A stretch of 64,000 nt of DNA. It comes from Longimicrobiales bacterium. Its GTDB lineage: Bacteria > Gemmatimonadota > Gemmatimonadetes > Longimicrobiales > Gaopeijiaceae. Numbering within the stretch: the first letter of the stretch is position 1; every line of letters begins with the position of its first letter. The notes beneath the pieces were generated by a model, which had not been told where the DNA came from, made no database searches, and saw only the letters and a program-made list of their open reading frames with translations. The stretch lies in the NCBI GenBank assembly GCA_965198065.1, contig CBDAON010000004.1:1312001-1376000 (forward strand), written 5' to 3'. Below are positions 28,965 to 38,988 of this stretch, piece by piece. A program made the position numbers and the translations under genes.

Positions 28965-30251
28965 TCATTGCCGTGTCCCGGGCCTGGGGACCAGGACATC
29001 GGAGGTGAACCAGATGCGCAGGCGGTGGCCCGCGCGGATCGTGATCGTGGGAAGCCGGTTCAGGAACCGGTCGAGGACCGAGGTGGCGCTCTGGCCGAGG
29101 CCCTGGCCGATGCCAGCCCTCAGGCCGAACGGCGAACCACCGGCCAGCGTGAGTCCGCTCAGGACGCCCACGGCTCCGGCGGCCGCGAACGTGCTGAAGT
29201 AGTGGCGATCGACCTCGTCCCGAAGCGCACCCTCGCCCGCCTGGTTCAGGCCGGTGAACTCGAGGCCGATCCAGCTCCCGCCGGGCAGGAGGAGCCGGTG
29301 GAAGCCGACGGCCAGCCGGCTCTGGTCCTGGTCCTGAACGGCCTGGGCCGTGCCGACGACGCGCGTGCCGCGCGGGATCAGAACCCGTTGGCGGTCGGCC
29401 GAATAGAACGGCACCGAGACCATGGCGAGCACCGGTCCGGGGAAATCGCCCGTGAGCTGCGTGAGAAGCACCGCCTCGAGGAACGAGCCCTCGTGGATCC
29501 GCTCCCAGCCCGGCGGGTCTTCGGGCCGGACGCTCCGGCCGAGCTGAATGGGGCTCGGCGTCCGACGGGAGGCTTGCTGCGGCATCGCGCTTGCCGGCTC
29601 CGGGGCCGGTGCAGCCAACCCCAGAGCTCCGAGCAGCCGCTCTTCGGCTGCCAATTCGTCCTCAAGCGTCGCGACGGACTGCTCGAAGGAGGCGAGCGCC
29701 GCTTGGACCGTGTTCTCGAGGAACGCCACATCCGCGTCGGCCGCATCGCCGGTGCGCGGGCCGCCAGCCTCGGACGACTCCAGAGTCGCGTTTGGATCGC
29801 GGTACGACTGGGCCACGGGAAGGGTGCGGAGCGAGCGTGTTCTTCGCTCCAGCTCCTCCAGCCGAAGCGCCTCCCGAAGCTCCGACTCCACCGCTCCGAT
29901 GCCGAGGGCAGCGGTGTTCGGCGCCTGGGACTCGGCCTGGATCCGGGCCATCTCCTCGGCGGCAGCGGCCTGCCGGCGCTCGAGCTCGGCGCGCGCCCGT
30001 GCGGCGGCCTCCAGAGTCTGCCGCTCGGCCTCTTGCCGAATGCGCGCCTGGAGCGACCTCCCCATCCCGTCGTCGACAGCCTGCGCCTCGGGCAGGGCTA
30101 CGAGAGTGTCGGCTTCCTGGGGACCCGTCATCGCCCAGGAGAAAAGCAGTCCACCGACGAGCACGGCGATCAACACCACGCCCGCCTTCGTCACGATGCC
30201 GCCCGGCAGCGCGCCTTCCGGGGGCCGGACCCACTGCTTCCAGCGGCTCAT
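28965..30251 (-). CDS. virB10: VirB10/TrbI
   Basis: GSFLEAVLLT, LIPRGTRVVG, G.GALRDEVDRHY, PTITIRAGHRL. Confidence 0.9.
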   Translation of the reverse strand: MSRWKQWVRPPEGALPGGIVTKAGVVLIAVLVGGLLFSWAMTGPQEADTLVALPEAQAVDDGMGRSLQARIRQEAERQTLEAAARARAELERRQAAAAEEMARIQAESQAPNTAALGIGAVESELREALRLEELERRTRSLRTLPVAQSYRDPNATLESSEAGGPRTGDAADADVAFLENTVQAALASFEQSVATLEDELAAEERLLGALGLAAPAPEPASAMPQQASRRTPSPIQLGRSVRPEDPPGWERIHEGSFLEAVLLTQLTGDFPGPVLAMVSVPFYSADRQRVLIPRGTRVVGTAQAVQDQDQSRLAVGFHRLLLPGGSWIGLEFTGLNQAGEGALRDEVDRHYFSTFAAAGAVGVLSGLTLAGGSPFGLRAGIGQGLGQSATSVLDRFLNRLPTITIRAGHRLRIWFTSDVLVPRPGTRQ

Positions 30252-31110
30252 CGGAGCGCTTCCGCGGCGTGAACCGCCAGGCAGCCCGCTTGTCGCCGAT
30301 CTGCAGCCACCCGTCGGCCAGTACGTGGCGGGCGACGTACAGCCCGTCATCCGTCAGATCGTAGGCCACGAGCGCCGGTTCCCCGTCCCGGAGCTCATAG
30401 AGCGCGGGCGACTCCTGTGCGTGGGACCTCAGATAGGTGAACTGCCCGTCGTGCCACATCGCCTCGACCAGGAACGGTCGGTCGGCCGCGTCCCCGTCGA
30501 GCCGGTACTCGAACGCGAGACGCTCCGGATAGGCGGCACGGAACTCCTCGATCGCCGACTCAGCCTGAGTCCGGGCCTCCAGGATGCTGGCCTCGGCCGC
30601 CTCCCGGGCACTCCGCGCGGCCTCGGCCGCCTCGGCGGCCATCTGTTGGTAGGCCGCGACCTCGCTCCGCGCGACGAACGCGGGACGGCCGCTGCCTCCA
30701 GAGAGCCGCGCCGCCTCTGCTCCGGACTCTACGCGAACGACCAGATGAGGCGGCCCGTCGCTGTGCTCGGCCACCAGGAACGAGTAGATCCGCCCCGACT
30801 CGCAGACGAGCGCGATGTTCGTCGCCGCGTCCGGCCGCAGGGGTTTCAGGAACGCGACGTTCGCGGCGCCCGCCAGATGCCAGTACTCCGAGTCGCCGAC
30901 CACGAAATCCAGGATGTTCTCATCGGCGGGGAGCACGATCACCGTCGTGTGACGGACCTGCGTCCGCAGCCGGTGGATGCGGTCCTCGCCCTCCTCCGGG
31001 ACCGGCACCCGGAGGAACGCTTGGTCGTCCTCCTGCTGGGCGGTAGCCCCGGCGGGGAGGGCAGCCAAGAGAAGGGCGGTTAGAACGAGGGGTGCCATTG
31101 GTGGTCGCAT
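29662..31110 (-). CDS. virB9: VirB9/TrbG; the recognisable domain ends near 30260 and the ORF then runs on into virB10
   Basis: Signal peptide, TTVIVLP, GDSEYW, FLKP, ATNI, WHDGQFTYL, PALY. Confidence 0.8.
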   Translation of the reverse strand: MRPPMAPLVLTALLLAALPAGATAQQEDDQAFLRVPVPEEGEDRIHRLRTQVRHTTVIVLPADENILDFVVGDSEYWHLAGAANVAFLKPLRPDAATNIALVCESGRIYSFLVAEHSDGPPHLVVRVESGAEAARLSGGSGRPAFVARSEVAAYQQMAAEAAEAARSAREAAEASILEARTQAESAIEEFRAAYPERLAFEYRLDGDAADRPFLVEAMWHDGQFTYLRSHAQESPALYELRDGEPALVAYDLTDDGLYVARHVLADGWLQIGDKRAAWRFTPRKRSDEPLEAVGPAPGRRAAGRHRDEGGRGVDRRARRWTAFLLGDDGSPGSRHSRSPARGAGCRRRDGEVAPGAHSARGRAADSGGRRTGARRARAPAGRCRRGDGPDPGRVPGAEHRCPRHRSGGVGASGGASAGGAGAKNTLAPHPSRGPVVPRSKRDSGVVRGWRPAHRRCGRRGCGVPREHGPSGARLLRAVRRDA

Positions 31111-31116
31111 GGCGTG

Positions 31117-32959
31117 TCAGCTCCTTGCGTTGGGGGTGGGGGTGGGGGTGGGATCGTCTCGGCTCGCGAGCACCTCGAGCGCCCGGCTGAGTCCGTGACG
31201 CTCGACGGCCCGGGCCCGCTCCTCGGCGTCCAATGCGGACGAGGTGTAGAGCCAGTAGCTCTCCGGATCGACCTCGAGCCGGAGCACCGCCGCCCCGTCC
31301 GGGCGGCGCAGGTAGAGCTCGCGTTTGGGGATCAGGCCCCGGACCTGGGCCAGCTCCGACTCGTTCAGCCGGAACAGCGCTCCGACCTCGTCGGGGAGCT
31401 CCGGGTTCGCGAGGAACAGCTTGGTCGGGATCGACTCGAGGAGCGCCGCCGCGCCCGGCGTGGCCGTGACGTCCACCGCGGACTGGGTGGCGAGGATCAG
31501 CGCGGCGTTCTTCTTCCGCCACGTCTTCGCCGCCTCGGCCAGGTAGCTAAGCACCGCCGGGTCCTGCAGGTAGCGCCAGGCTTCGTCCACCACCATCAGC
31601 TTCAGCCGCGTCGCCTCGGACGGATCCTCCACCTCGAGCCGCATCCGCTCGAGCAGATAGGAGAGTGCCGCGTCGCAGAGATCCGGATGCTCGACCGCAC
31701 CCGCCAGATCGATCACCTGCCAGTCGGCGAACTCGAGGTCCGGCGCCCCGCCCGCCGGGTTGTCGAAGTAGGCGCCCCACGCGCCGCCTTGGGTCCAGCG
31801 GCTCCATGCCGGCCACGTCGCGGACGGAAGCGAGCTTGCCAAGACGCTCAGCGTGCGCCGCTCCGGCTCGAACGCGTAGAGGTCCTCGATCCGCGCCCGG
31901 ATCTCGCTCGTATCCGCCCCGCTCGCTTCCCAACCGCCGAGCTTCAGGAGCCGGAGCACCCAGCCGGTCAGGAACTGGAACGTCCGCGTGCCCGCCGGCA
32001 GGGCGAACGGCTGAAGCCGGAGCGTCGGCTCCGCCTCCCCGGGCGAGAGCTCCAGGTAGCGGCCCCCGAGGAACCGGGTCAGCCAGCGGTAGGAGCCGCC
32101 CAGGTCCAGGATCAGGACGCGCGGGTCGTACCTGAGAGCTTCGACCAGCAGGAAGTTGAGCGTGAAGCTCTTCCCCGAGCCGGTCGCGCCGAGCATCAGC
32201 GTGTGGCCTACGTCGCCGGCAAACAGGTCGTAGTGGTACGCCGTACGCCACGGGGTCTCCAAGACCGCGAGCGACTCGCGACCGAGATGCTTGCTCTTTG
32301 CCGTGCCCCGGGGCGGCCCGAAGAGCGGCGCCAGGCTCGCCGCCACACCGGCCGACACGAACACCTTCCGCACCTGCCGCCCACGCGGCTGGGCCGGCAG
32401 CCGCGCGAACCAGGCCGGCAGCTGGCCGTAGCCCTCACGGATCACCTTCGCGGCGTGCGCGGCGAACAGCCGACGCAGGTCGCCGTCCACGCGTTCGATG
32501 CTTCCCAGCTCGCCGTGGAGGGCCACGGTCAGCGTGGCCTCGCCGTAGCTCACCCCGTCCGCTTCCAGCTCGACCAGCGCCTCGCCCAGCCGGTCGGACT
32601 CGGTCGCCGCGGCCGAGTCGACCATGGCGGCCGCCGTGCCCTCGGTCTCCTGCACATGCGCCATCATCGAGTAGCGCCTGGCGAAGTAGTGGCGCTGCGC
32701 GCCACGGATCCGGCGCCTCGCCGCCTCCATCGCCCACGGCCGCCACTCGAGCGAGACCGTCATCGCCGCGTCCAGGCAGTAGAGCTCCTGGAGCAGGTTG
32801 GCCCGGGCCTGCCCAGGCGGGGACAGAAGCGAGTACAGGATCACCGGCTGGCCGTCGAGGCGCAGGTGCCCTCGCTCCGCCTCGAGTTCCGAGAGGGCGA
32901 GCCGCCAGTTCATACCGCTCCCCGTCGCGCCGTCCCACACCGTGCCCGGACGGTTGATC
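31117..32959 (-). CDS. virB4: VirB4/TrbE ATPase, 3' part (gene split by element 2)
   Basis: GHTLMLGATGSGKS, DLGGSY, VVDEAW, RKKN, ATQS. Confidence 0.9.
32949..32959. repeat. att core, left end of element 2
   Basis: GACGGTTGATC, identical at 37251-37261. Confidence 0.85.
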
Positions 32960-33311
32960 TACTGTCTATCCTGTTGCTATTTCGTCATAAGTATATGACT
33001 TATAGTTATTTATGGATGTAGTAGTTTTTGGTCCGACTCGTTTATATCGTATGTGATCCCGTATAATTGGCGTGCGATTACACGGGAACCTACGGTACGT
33101 TCGCGGACCCCGTGACGGGTTCGACCTTCGGCGTCGCGCGGGGCTGAGAAAGACCACGCAGATGACGATGCCCCCCTGAGCGGCGGCCAGATCCGCAATG
33201 GACCAGAGCCCGCCCGCCAGTAAGACCATGAGAATCGCGACGTCGATGGCAAAGAGGGGGCGATTGTATACCCCGTGCACGTCACCGGAAGGCCAGTTAG
33301 CATGAGGACCC

Positions 33312-33500
33312 ATGGAGCACCCCCCAGGAGACCGCCAAGCCGCCAGCTTCGGACGATTCAGAGCCAGCGTGGGCGATCTAGAGGTCCACGGACGGCCATA
33401 CCCGAGAATGCAAATGCTGACCGTTCAAGAGATCCTAGACGGGAGGCGGTTCGACACGCCTAGCGTCGTGGGCCGTGGATCGTCTCAGACCGTCTTCGGG
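33312..33500 (+). pseudogene. C-terminal fragment resembling DNA methyltransferase/restriction fusion proteins
   Basis: YPRMQMLTVQEILDGRRFDTP motif with no upstream catalytic domain. Confidence 0.4.
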
Positions 33501-33987
33501 ATCGCAGACGGAAAGGCACAGCAAGTGCTCAAGATTGATGGACTAAGGCGGACCGGTCTCGCTATTGGGTCACGCAACCGGGAGACACCCACCCAGCGAA
33601 AGGCAGCGTGGCCGAGCTGATGCGGGCGCTTGCGAAGGAACTCGAGGTCCCCATCTACGTTGACGACACCAGGGAGACCCTCGCGCTGAGGCTCGCCCGG
33701 GCGAACCCCGAGCGCTGGAAGGAATTTATCACGGAGGAGCACCTAACCGAGTCTGGAGCTGCGGACTCGACACCCAGGAGTGGACCCCATGCTAAGCCCT
33801 GACTCCGGGCTGCAAAGCCCATAACTTGTTATCGCGAAGTTCTTCGCTAAGCTCCTCAATGTTGATGATGCGACGAGACCCAGCTACTTTTACCACACGG
33901 GCAGCTGCGGACCGGTGAGCCACGTCGCAGACAGTAGTTCCCGCACCCAGGTCTAGCGTCCTCCAACCTACGGAAGAAGGCTACACG

Positions 33988-34644
33988 ATGCGTCTCGCAC
34001 CTCATCTCCTCCAGCAGGTTTCTCCACTTTTCGCACTTGCGCTTTCCGTCAGCCTACTCGTCCCGGGAAGTGTCCAAGGGCAGACGAGCCTGTCACTCCA
34101 GGCCGGCGCCAGCCTCGCGACCCTCGGAGGGAGCGACGTAGACAGCGCTGATTCTCGAACCGGCATCAAAGTTCGGGCATCGGCTATCCTGCCACTTACG
34201 ACCAGCCTTGGTTTGCAGCTTGGGGCTGCCTATGCAGCAAAGGGCGCGACCGAGCAGGAAGATGGTGTGGATTTGGCGTTTGATCTCGACTACCTGGAGA
34301 TACCCCTGCTTCTGAGGCTCAGCCCTGCCGTCGCGGGCACCCTATCGCCGCACTTCACCATCGGCCCGACACTCTCCTTTCGGGTGGCCTGCAACGTGAG
34401 CGGAAAGGCAGAGGGCTTTGAGATTTCAGTTGACTGCGATGATGCAGAATTTGCGGACTTGAGCTTGAAGACGATTGACTTTGGGGCAGTGGCCGGTGCC
34501 GGTCTAGACATCGCAACGCCGGGTTCCCTGTCCGTGTCGTTGGATGTCCTCTACAACTTTGGTCTGGCGTCCATCTCCGAGTCGGACGATGTGAAGAATC
34601 GCGCGTTCTCGATCCTAGCGGGCATCACGTTCCCCATAGGATAG
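33988..34644 (+). CDS. Outer-membrane beta-barrel (porin family) cargo
   Basis: Signal peptide, LDYLEIPLLL, DFGAVAGAG, terminal GITF strand. Confidence 0.85.
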   Translation: MRLAPHLLQQVSPLFALALSVSLLVPGSVQGQTSLSLQAGASLATLGGSDVDSADSRTGIKVRASAILPLTTSLGLQLGAAYAAKGATEQEDGVDLAFDLDYLEIPLLLRLSPAVAGTLSPHFTIGPTLSFRVACNVSGKAEGFEISVDCDDAEFADLSLKTIDFGAVAGAGLDIATPGSLSVSLDVLYNFGLASISESDDVKNRAFSILAGITFPIG

Positions 34645-35539
34645 CAACCGAGTTCGAAACACAACCACGCCGTGTCGAACGGGCGAGCTGACGGTCGAGC
34701 TTACGAATGAGGCGCGACTAGGGCCACGACGATTGAGATGAGCCACTTCCGTCCCGTTTTCATTGAGCACTCCCCATTTGGCATTTGGGGCCTTGACACC
34801 CGGGACGTGGTAGTGCCGGGCCGTTTGTCGCCATGACCCGTTCTCCCGTCCGCATAACCCCCTTAACTGCCTCTTATGACTGCATAACTTGCGAGCCACT
34901 GAGCGCGTGTCAATATCGGAAACGGCTACTTATGGTAGTCGGTAAGTAACCGTTAACACCATCAAATTGTTGGACTTCGGTGGCTCCCTAACTCCGCTCC
35001 CCACGAGCGCGGGCCACCGCTATCCGGCGGCACCAACACACACGGCAGGAGAATGCAGGGATGCGGTGGACCCCGGCGTTGACAACACGAGTGTGTGGAG
35101 TGTCTATGGTAGGTTTGCTCGATGGCTGGCCGAGGGCTGATCGCCCGTGGCACGGCCTGGCAAACCGCACGACTCGCCCAGGTGCGCTTCCGATGAGAAG
35201 CCGACCCCTCACGCCACCACTGGGATGTGCAAGACACATCAGGGGTTGATGCACATATGGCCCCAGTCGTGATGTGCAGAAGCAGGGCTCGCTATCCTAT
35301 TGGGGCTGCGGCAGTTGCGCGCGGCGGCGCCCGCCCGGAGACCGCGAACGGGACAGCGCGCGGGTTAAGGGGAGCGACCCCCGGATTCGATGCCTCGATC
35401 GGCATCGCGGAGGGTTGGCATGTGCACACCCATGCCACCCTCCGCCGGGGGTCGCTCCCCTCCAGCAATCCCTAGCGGGAAGGCCATCAAGCGCCGCTGC
35501 GAGCGCGGCGTATCAACGAATCCGGCCGCCGGTCGCGGC

Positions 35540-35730
35540 TTTTCACCAGCTAGGTGGCTCGGCAAGTCGTCCCAGTGAGGTCGGCGTCGGCGCTCGACCA
35601 AGCCCGAAACTGCCCCGAGGTGGTTGAGGTTGCCGCCGATGCGCGCGACCTGCCGGCCGCGCTCGCACGCAAAGCGGCCGCCGGGGCAGTCCAGGTCCGC
35701 GTGCGCGCCATGGCCTGCCGGAGCGCGGGC
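35540..35730 (-). pseudogene. Decayed mobC-like gene
   Basis: RQVARIGGNLNHL resembles the MobC LxxIGxNLNQ motif. Confidence 0.55.
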
Positions 35731-35736
35731 GTCCAG

Positions 35737-35840
35737 GGGATCGAAGGGGGCGGAGCCACCCTCGCCAGCCCCTGCCGGGGACCCGCGAAGCGTGGCCACA
35801 AAGGGTAGGCTGGCTTAGGCACCGCTTAGGCACCGTAAGG
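35737..35840 (-). other. oriT-like block of element 2
   Basis: Reverse strand AGCCAGCCTACCCTTTGT...AGGGGCTGGCGAGGG..GCTCCGCCCC.TTCGATCCC as at 23249-23308; tandem GCTTAGGCACC x2 at 35813-35834. Confidence 0.5.
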
Positions 35841-35911
35841 TGTTCTCAGCCAGCTCTGCGGACGCCTCCGAAACGCCTCTCCGGGCACCGCCCGGAGCAG
35901 CGGGCCAAGGT

Positions 35912-37147
35912 CTATCTCTCGCCCGCGAGATAGGCCGCCCAATCGTCCATCAGCCGGCGCCTGCGCTCGAAGAGGTCCGAACGCGCATAGGCCGCTTCCA
36001 CCTTGTTGCGAACCGCATGGGCCAACGCGGCCTCGGCGACCTCACGCGGTGCGTTGGAACACTCGCCGCACCAGTCCCTGAAGCTCGAACGAAAGCCGTG
36101 CGGCACAGCCGCGATACCCAGGTCTCGAAGTAGCGTGGAGAGTCTGCTGCCGGGAAATGCGCGGCCCTCCGACGACGGGAAAACCAGACCGCTGCTGCCG
36201 CCGAGCGTCCGCGCCTCCTCGAGGATCTCCATGGCGCGCCCGGACAGCGGCACCCTGTGCGGGCGATGGGCTTTCGTGCGTTCGGCGGGAACCGTCCACT
36301 CCCGAGCCTCCAGGTCGATTTCATCCCACTGTGCCAAGCGAACCTCTCCCGAGCGGGCCGCCGTCAACACCAGGAACTCGAAGGCGAGTTTCGTGGCCGG
36401 GTAAGCGTGCGACTTCCGCACCATCTCCATCGCGCCCGCGACCTTCGAGTGAGGCAACGCGCGCATGTGCCGGATTACGGCTTGCTGTCGGCCAAGCGCT
36501 TGACCGAGCACATCGCTGGCGGGGTTGTCCGGCCGAAGCCCCATCGCCACCGCCCACTTCATCACCGCCCCGATGCGCTGGCGCACCCGCCGGGCCGTCA
36601 CCTGCTTGTCGTGCCAGATCGGTGTCAGAACCGCCAGAACGTCGGCTGTCGTTATCTCGCCGACCGGTCGATTGCCCAGCTGTGGGAATGCATAGACGCG
36701 CAGGCTCGAGACCCAGTCCTGCGCATGCCTGGGGCTGCGCCAGCCCGGCCGAAGCTGTTCCAGAACACGGGCGGCCGCCTCGGCGAACGTGGGCATGTCC
36801 CGGACCTTGTATCGCTCGGTACGCGGATCGCCGCCCGAGCGCGCGATCTTGCGGTTCATGAATGCCTTCTCGCGCGCCTCGGCCAGCGATACCAGCTGGT
36901 AGCCCCCGAGCCCCAGCGTGCGGTTTCGACCCTGGATCCGCAGACGCTGCTCCCATCGGCGCGCGCCGGATCGGTCCACGCGCAGATAGAGGCCGTTCCC
37001 ATCGCAGTAGTATCCGGGCTTGGCGCTGCGCACGAAGGCCGCGCTGAGTGCGTTGTGCGGCCGCCTGCCTCGGTGTTTGGGCAAATCCAATTCGGGAGTC
37101 CCCGTATAAAGTATCGTATGTTGTATACGGGAACATAGTGGACACAC
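35912..37147 (-). CDS. P4-like tyrosine integrase of element 2 (true start may be TTG at 37090)
   Basis: DGNGLYL, LTAARSGE, HRVPL, PHGFRSSFRDW, ALAH, AAYAR. Confidence 0.95.
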   Translation of the reverse strand: MCPLCSRIQHTILYTGTPELDLPKHRGRRPHNALSAAFVRSAKPGYYCDGNGLYLRVDRSGARRWEQRLRIQGRNRTLGLGGYQLVSLAEAREKAFMNRKIARSGGDPRTERYKVRDMPTFAEAAARVLEQLRPGWRSPRHAQDWVSSLRVYAFPQLGNRPVGEITTADVLAVLTPIWHDKQVTARRVRQRIGAVMKWAVAMGLRPDNPASDVLGQALGRQQAVIRHMRALPHSKVAGAMEMVRKSHAYPATKLAFEFLVLTAARSGEVRLAQWDEIDLEAREWTVPAERTKAHRPHRVPLSGRAMEILEEARTLGGSSGLVFPSSEGRAFPGSRLSTLLRDLGIAAVPHGFRSSFRDWCGECSNAPREVAEAALAHAVRNKVEAAYARSDLFERRRRLMDDWAAYLAGER

Positions 37148-37194
37148 AGCGACACTGCAACCGGGAGTATCCTACATAACTCACTGTGGTAACT

Positions 37195-37869
37195 CTAGTT
37201 ATATGATATTACTAGACATGTATGGATCGTATTGGAATCTATGTGTAGCAGACGGTTGATCAGCTCGGAGAGGAGACGGGAAGCTTCGGCGGGCTCGAGC
37301 ATCTCGATCGGCGTGTGCTCCTCCACGAGCGCCCGGCCCGCGTCCACCGTCGAGCGAAAGCGGGCAGCGGCGGCCTCGATCTCGGACCGCAGGTAGGTGG
37401 GCGCGCCCCCTCGGCGGCGCTTCCACCACTGCGTGAGCCGGGAGGCGCTACCCGATGTGGGCCCGTCTGCCACCGTCCGGAGACGGGGATCGTGCGACCA
37501 GACCAGGTAGGCCCCGAGCTGCTGCACCCGCCCGGCCAGAAACGCACTCCGCTTACGCTGCGAGACCGCTACGATGCCGGAACCCTCGTCGTCCGCGGCC
37601 TCGGGCGAGGCCGGGCGCCGGAGTAGATAGAAGTAGAGGCGCGTGTCGGCGTCCAACCCCGAAAGCAGACGCTGCCAGCGGCCCAGCACGCGGTCGATCT
37701 GCTCGGGCGAACGCCCATCGACCACCGCAGGCTCCAGCCGTCCGGCCGCGATCAACTCGCCGGACCGGGTCAGGCACGTGCGGCCGTCCTCGAGCCAACC
37801 CCAGTAGGGCAGCTCCTCGGCCAGCGAGCCGGCCGCCTCGTGGTCTCTGAGCTCAGCGGCGATCCTCAC
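37195..37869 (-). CDS. virB4: VirB4/TrbE, 5' part (truncated by element 2)
   Basis: GTG overlaps the virB3 stop; SLAEELPYWG...LSELINR, then reads into AT-rich element DNA to a stop. Confidence 0.85.
   Translation of the reverse strand: MRIAAELRDHEAAGSLAEELPYWGWLEDGRTCLTRSGELIAAGRLEPAVVDGRSPEQIDRVLGRWQRLLSGLDADTRLYFYLLRRPASPEAADDEGSGIVAVSQRKRSAFLAGRVQQLGAYLVWSHDPRLRTVADGPTSGSASRLTQWWKRRRGGAPTYLRSEIEAAAARFRSTVDAGRALVEEHTPIEMLEPAEASRLLSELINRLLHIDSNTIHTCLVISYN
37251..37261. repeat. att core, right end of element 2
   Basis: GACGGTTGATC. Confidence 0.85.
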
Positions 37870-38168
37870 CGCCCGCTCCGGATCACGAGATGCCACGGCT
37901 CTTCGGCCCACTTGCCCGGGTCGAAACGCGACGGGTAGCGCGTCCCGGCGCGGAGCACGCCAAGCATGTCCGGGTCCTTGCGGCCGGCCAGCCATCCGGC
38001 CCCAAAGCCGACCGCGAACACCACGCCGCCCGTCACGAGCGAAGCCGTCGCGTTCCACATCGCGAGCCCGAGCGTGGCGACGAGGAGAAACCCCCTACGC
38101 TCCACGCCCAGGATCGTGAGCGGACGGTTCAGCGCCGCATAACCGGCCCAGCGCCTCAGACCCCTCAT
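37866..38168 (-). CDS. virB3: VirB3/TrbD
   Basis: ALNRPLTILGVER, two TM segments, KDP motif. Confidence 0.85.
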   Translation of the reverse strand: MRGLRRWAGYAALNRPLTILGVERRGFLLVATLGLAMWNATASLVTGGVVFAVGFGAGWLAGRKDPDMLGVLRAGTRYPSRFDPGKWAEEPWHLVIRSGR

Positions 38169-38461
38169 CAGAAGAGCCAGGCCAGGAAGTTCGCCGCGCC
38201 CATCGCCATCCCGAGACCGAAGATGATCCCGGCCAGCGTCCGCTTGCTCCCGCCCTCGCCGAACGCGAACATCAGCCCGCCCACCACGATCGCGATCAGA
38301 GATAGCCCGCGCGCGATCGGACCCGTGAACTGCGCCTGCAGCTCGTTCACCGCCTCCACCCACGGGCTCGTCCCCTGCGCCCACAGCACCCCGGGGGACA
38401 GCAACCACAGCGCTACCGTGGCCCAGGCCGCCGCTCGTACCGTCCTAATGAAAGGTTGCAT
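38168..38461 (-). CDS. virB2: VirB2/TrbC pilin
   Basis: Signal peptide, SPW..., FTGPIARGLSLIAIVVGGLMFAFGE. Confidence 0.88.
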   Translation of the reverse strand: MQPFIRTVRAAAWATVALWLLSPGVLWAQGTSPWVEAVNELQAQFTGPIARGLSLIAIVVGGLMFAFGEGGSKRTLAGIIFGLGMAMGAANFLAWLF

Positions 38462-38496
38462 CGTCTGCTCCTTGGTCTCTCGCTGGGATGCGCCGA

Positions 38497-38988
38497 TCAC
38501 TCGGCTTTGCCGCGGCTCAACGCGATCTGCTTGCGGATCCACTCGTCCACCTCCTCCTCGATCCAGCCGACAGCGCGCGCGCCTAGCTGGACGGGTCTGG
38601 GGAAGGACCCCTCGGCCAGCCGCACGTAGATCGTGCTCCGCCCGAGCCCCGTGCGAGCTTGCACGGCCGGGAGCCGCACGATGCGGATCGGCACCTCCAT
38701 TTCCTGCACCATGGTTCTCGTCATCTCTCTGCCTCTCCGTTCTCTCTGGGATGAATCCCGGAGCCGGTCGCTCCGGGAGGAAACAGGGTCCACACCGGCC
38801 TCGTCGAAGCCTTCCATGAACGCCAGGAGCTGATCGACCGTCGCGAGCGTCGGGGAGCGGCCATGGCGTAGCTCACGCACCAGGTTCGGATCGCCAACCG
38901 CCTGGCGGCCAAGCGTCGCCGGCCCCACTCCCGTGCGCTCGAGGAACGCCTCCACTCGCGCCATGAAAAGCCCCTTCAGCGTCTCCAT
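38497..38988 (-). CDS. AlpA-family regulator with an extra N-terminal HTH
   Basis: IVRLPAVQARTGLGRSTIY..FPRPVQLGARAVGW; N-terminal GPATLGRQAVGDPNLV HTH. Confidence 0.88.
   Translation of the reverse strand: METLKGLFMARVEAFLERTGVGPATLGRQAVGDPNLVRELRHGRSPTLATVDQLLAFMEGFDEAGVDPVSSRSDRLRDSSQRERRGREMTRTMVQEMEVPIRIVRLPAVQARTGLGRSTIYVRLAEGSFPRPVQLGARAVGWIEEEVDEWIRKQIALSRGKAE

Larger units (their letters stand above)
32949..37261. mobile_element. Satellite integrative element 2, inserted in virB4
   Basis: 11-bp direct repeats; AT-rich ends sharing TATCGTATGT and CCCGTATAA (33045-33066, 37101-37121); P4-type integrase; virB4 halves on both flanks. Confidence 0.9.

Noticed and set aside
34988..35350. 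Relaxase gene in element 2
   Set aside because: Only weak His-containing fragments (DTPHTRVVN) in broken frames; cannot be supported
21786..37261. Elements 1 and 2 as P4/PICI phage satellites or self-splicing introns
   Set aside because: No primase, capsid-interference, reverse transcriptase or homing nuclease genes; boundaries are att-type direct repeats next to a tyrosine integrase
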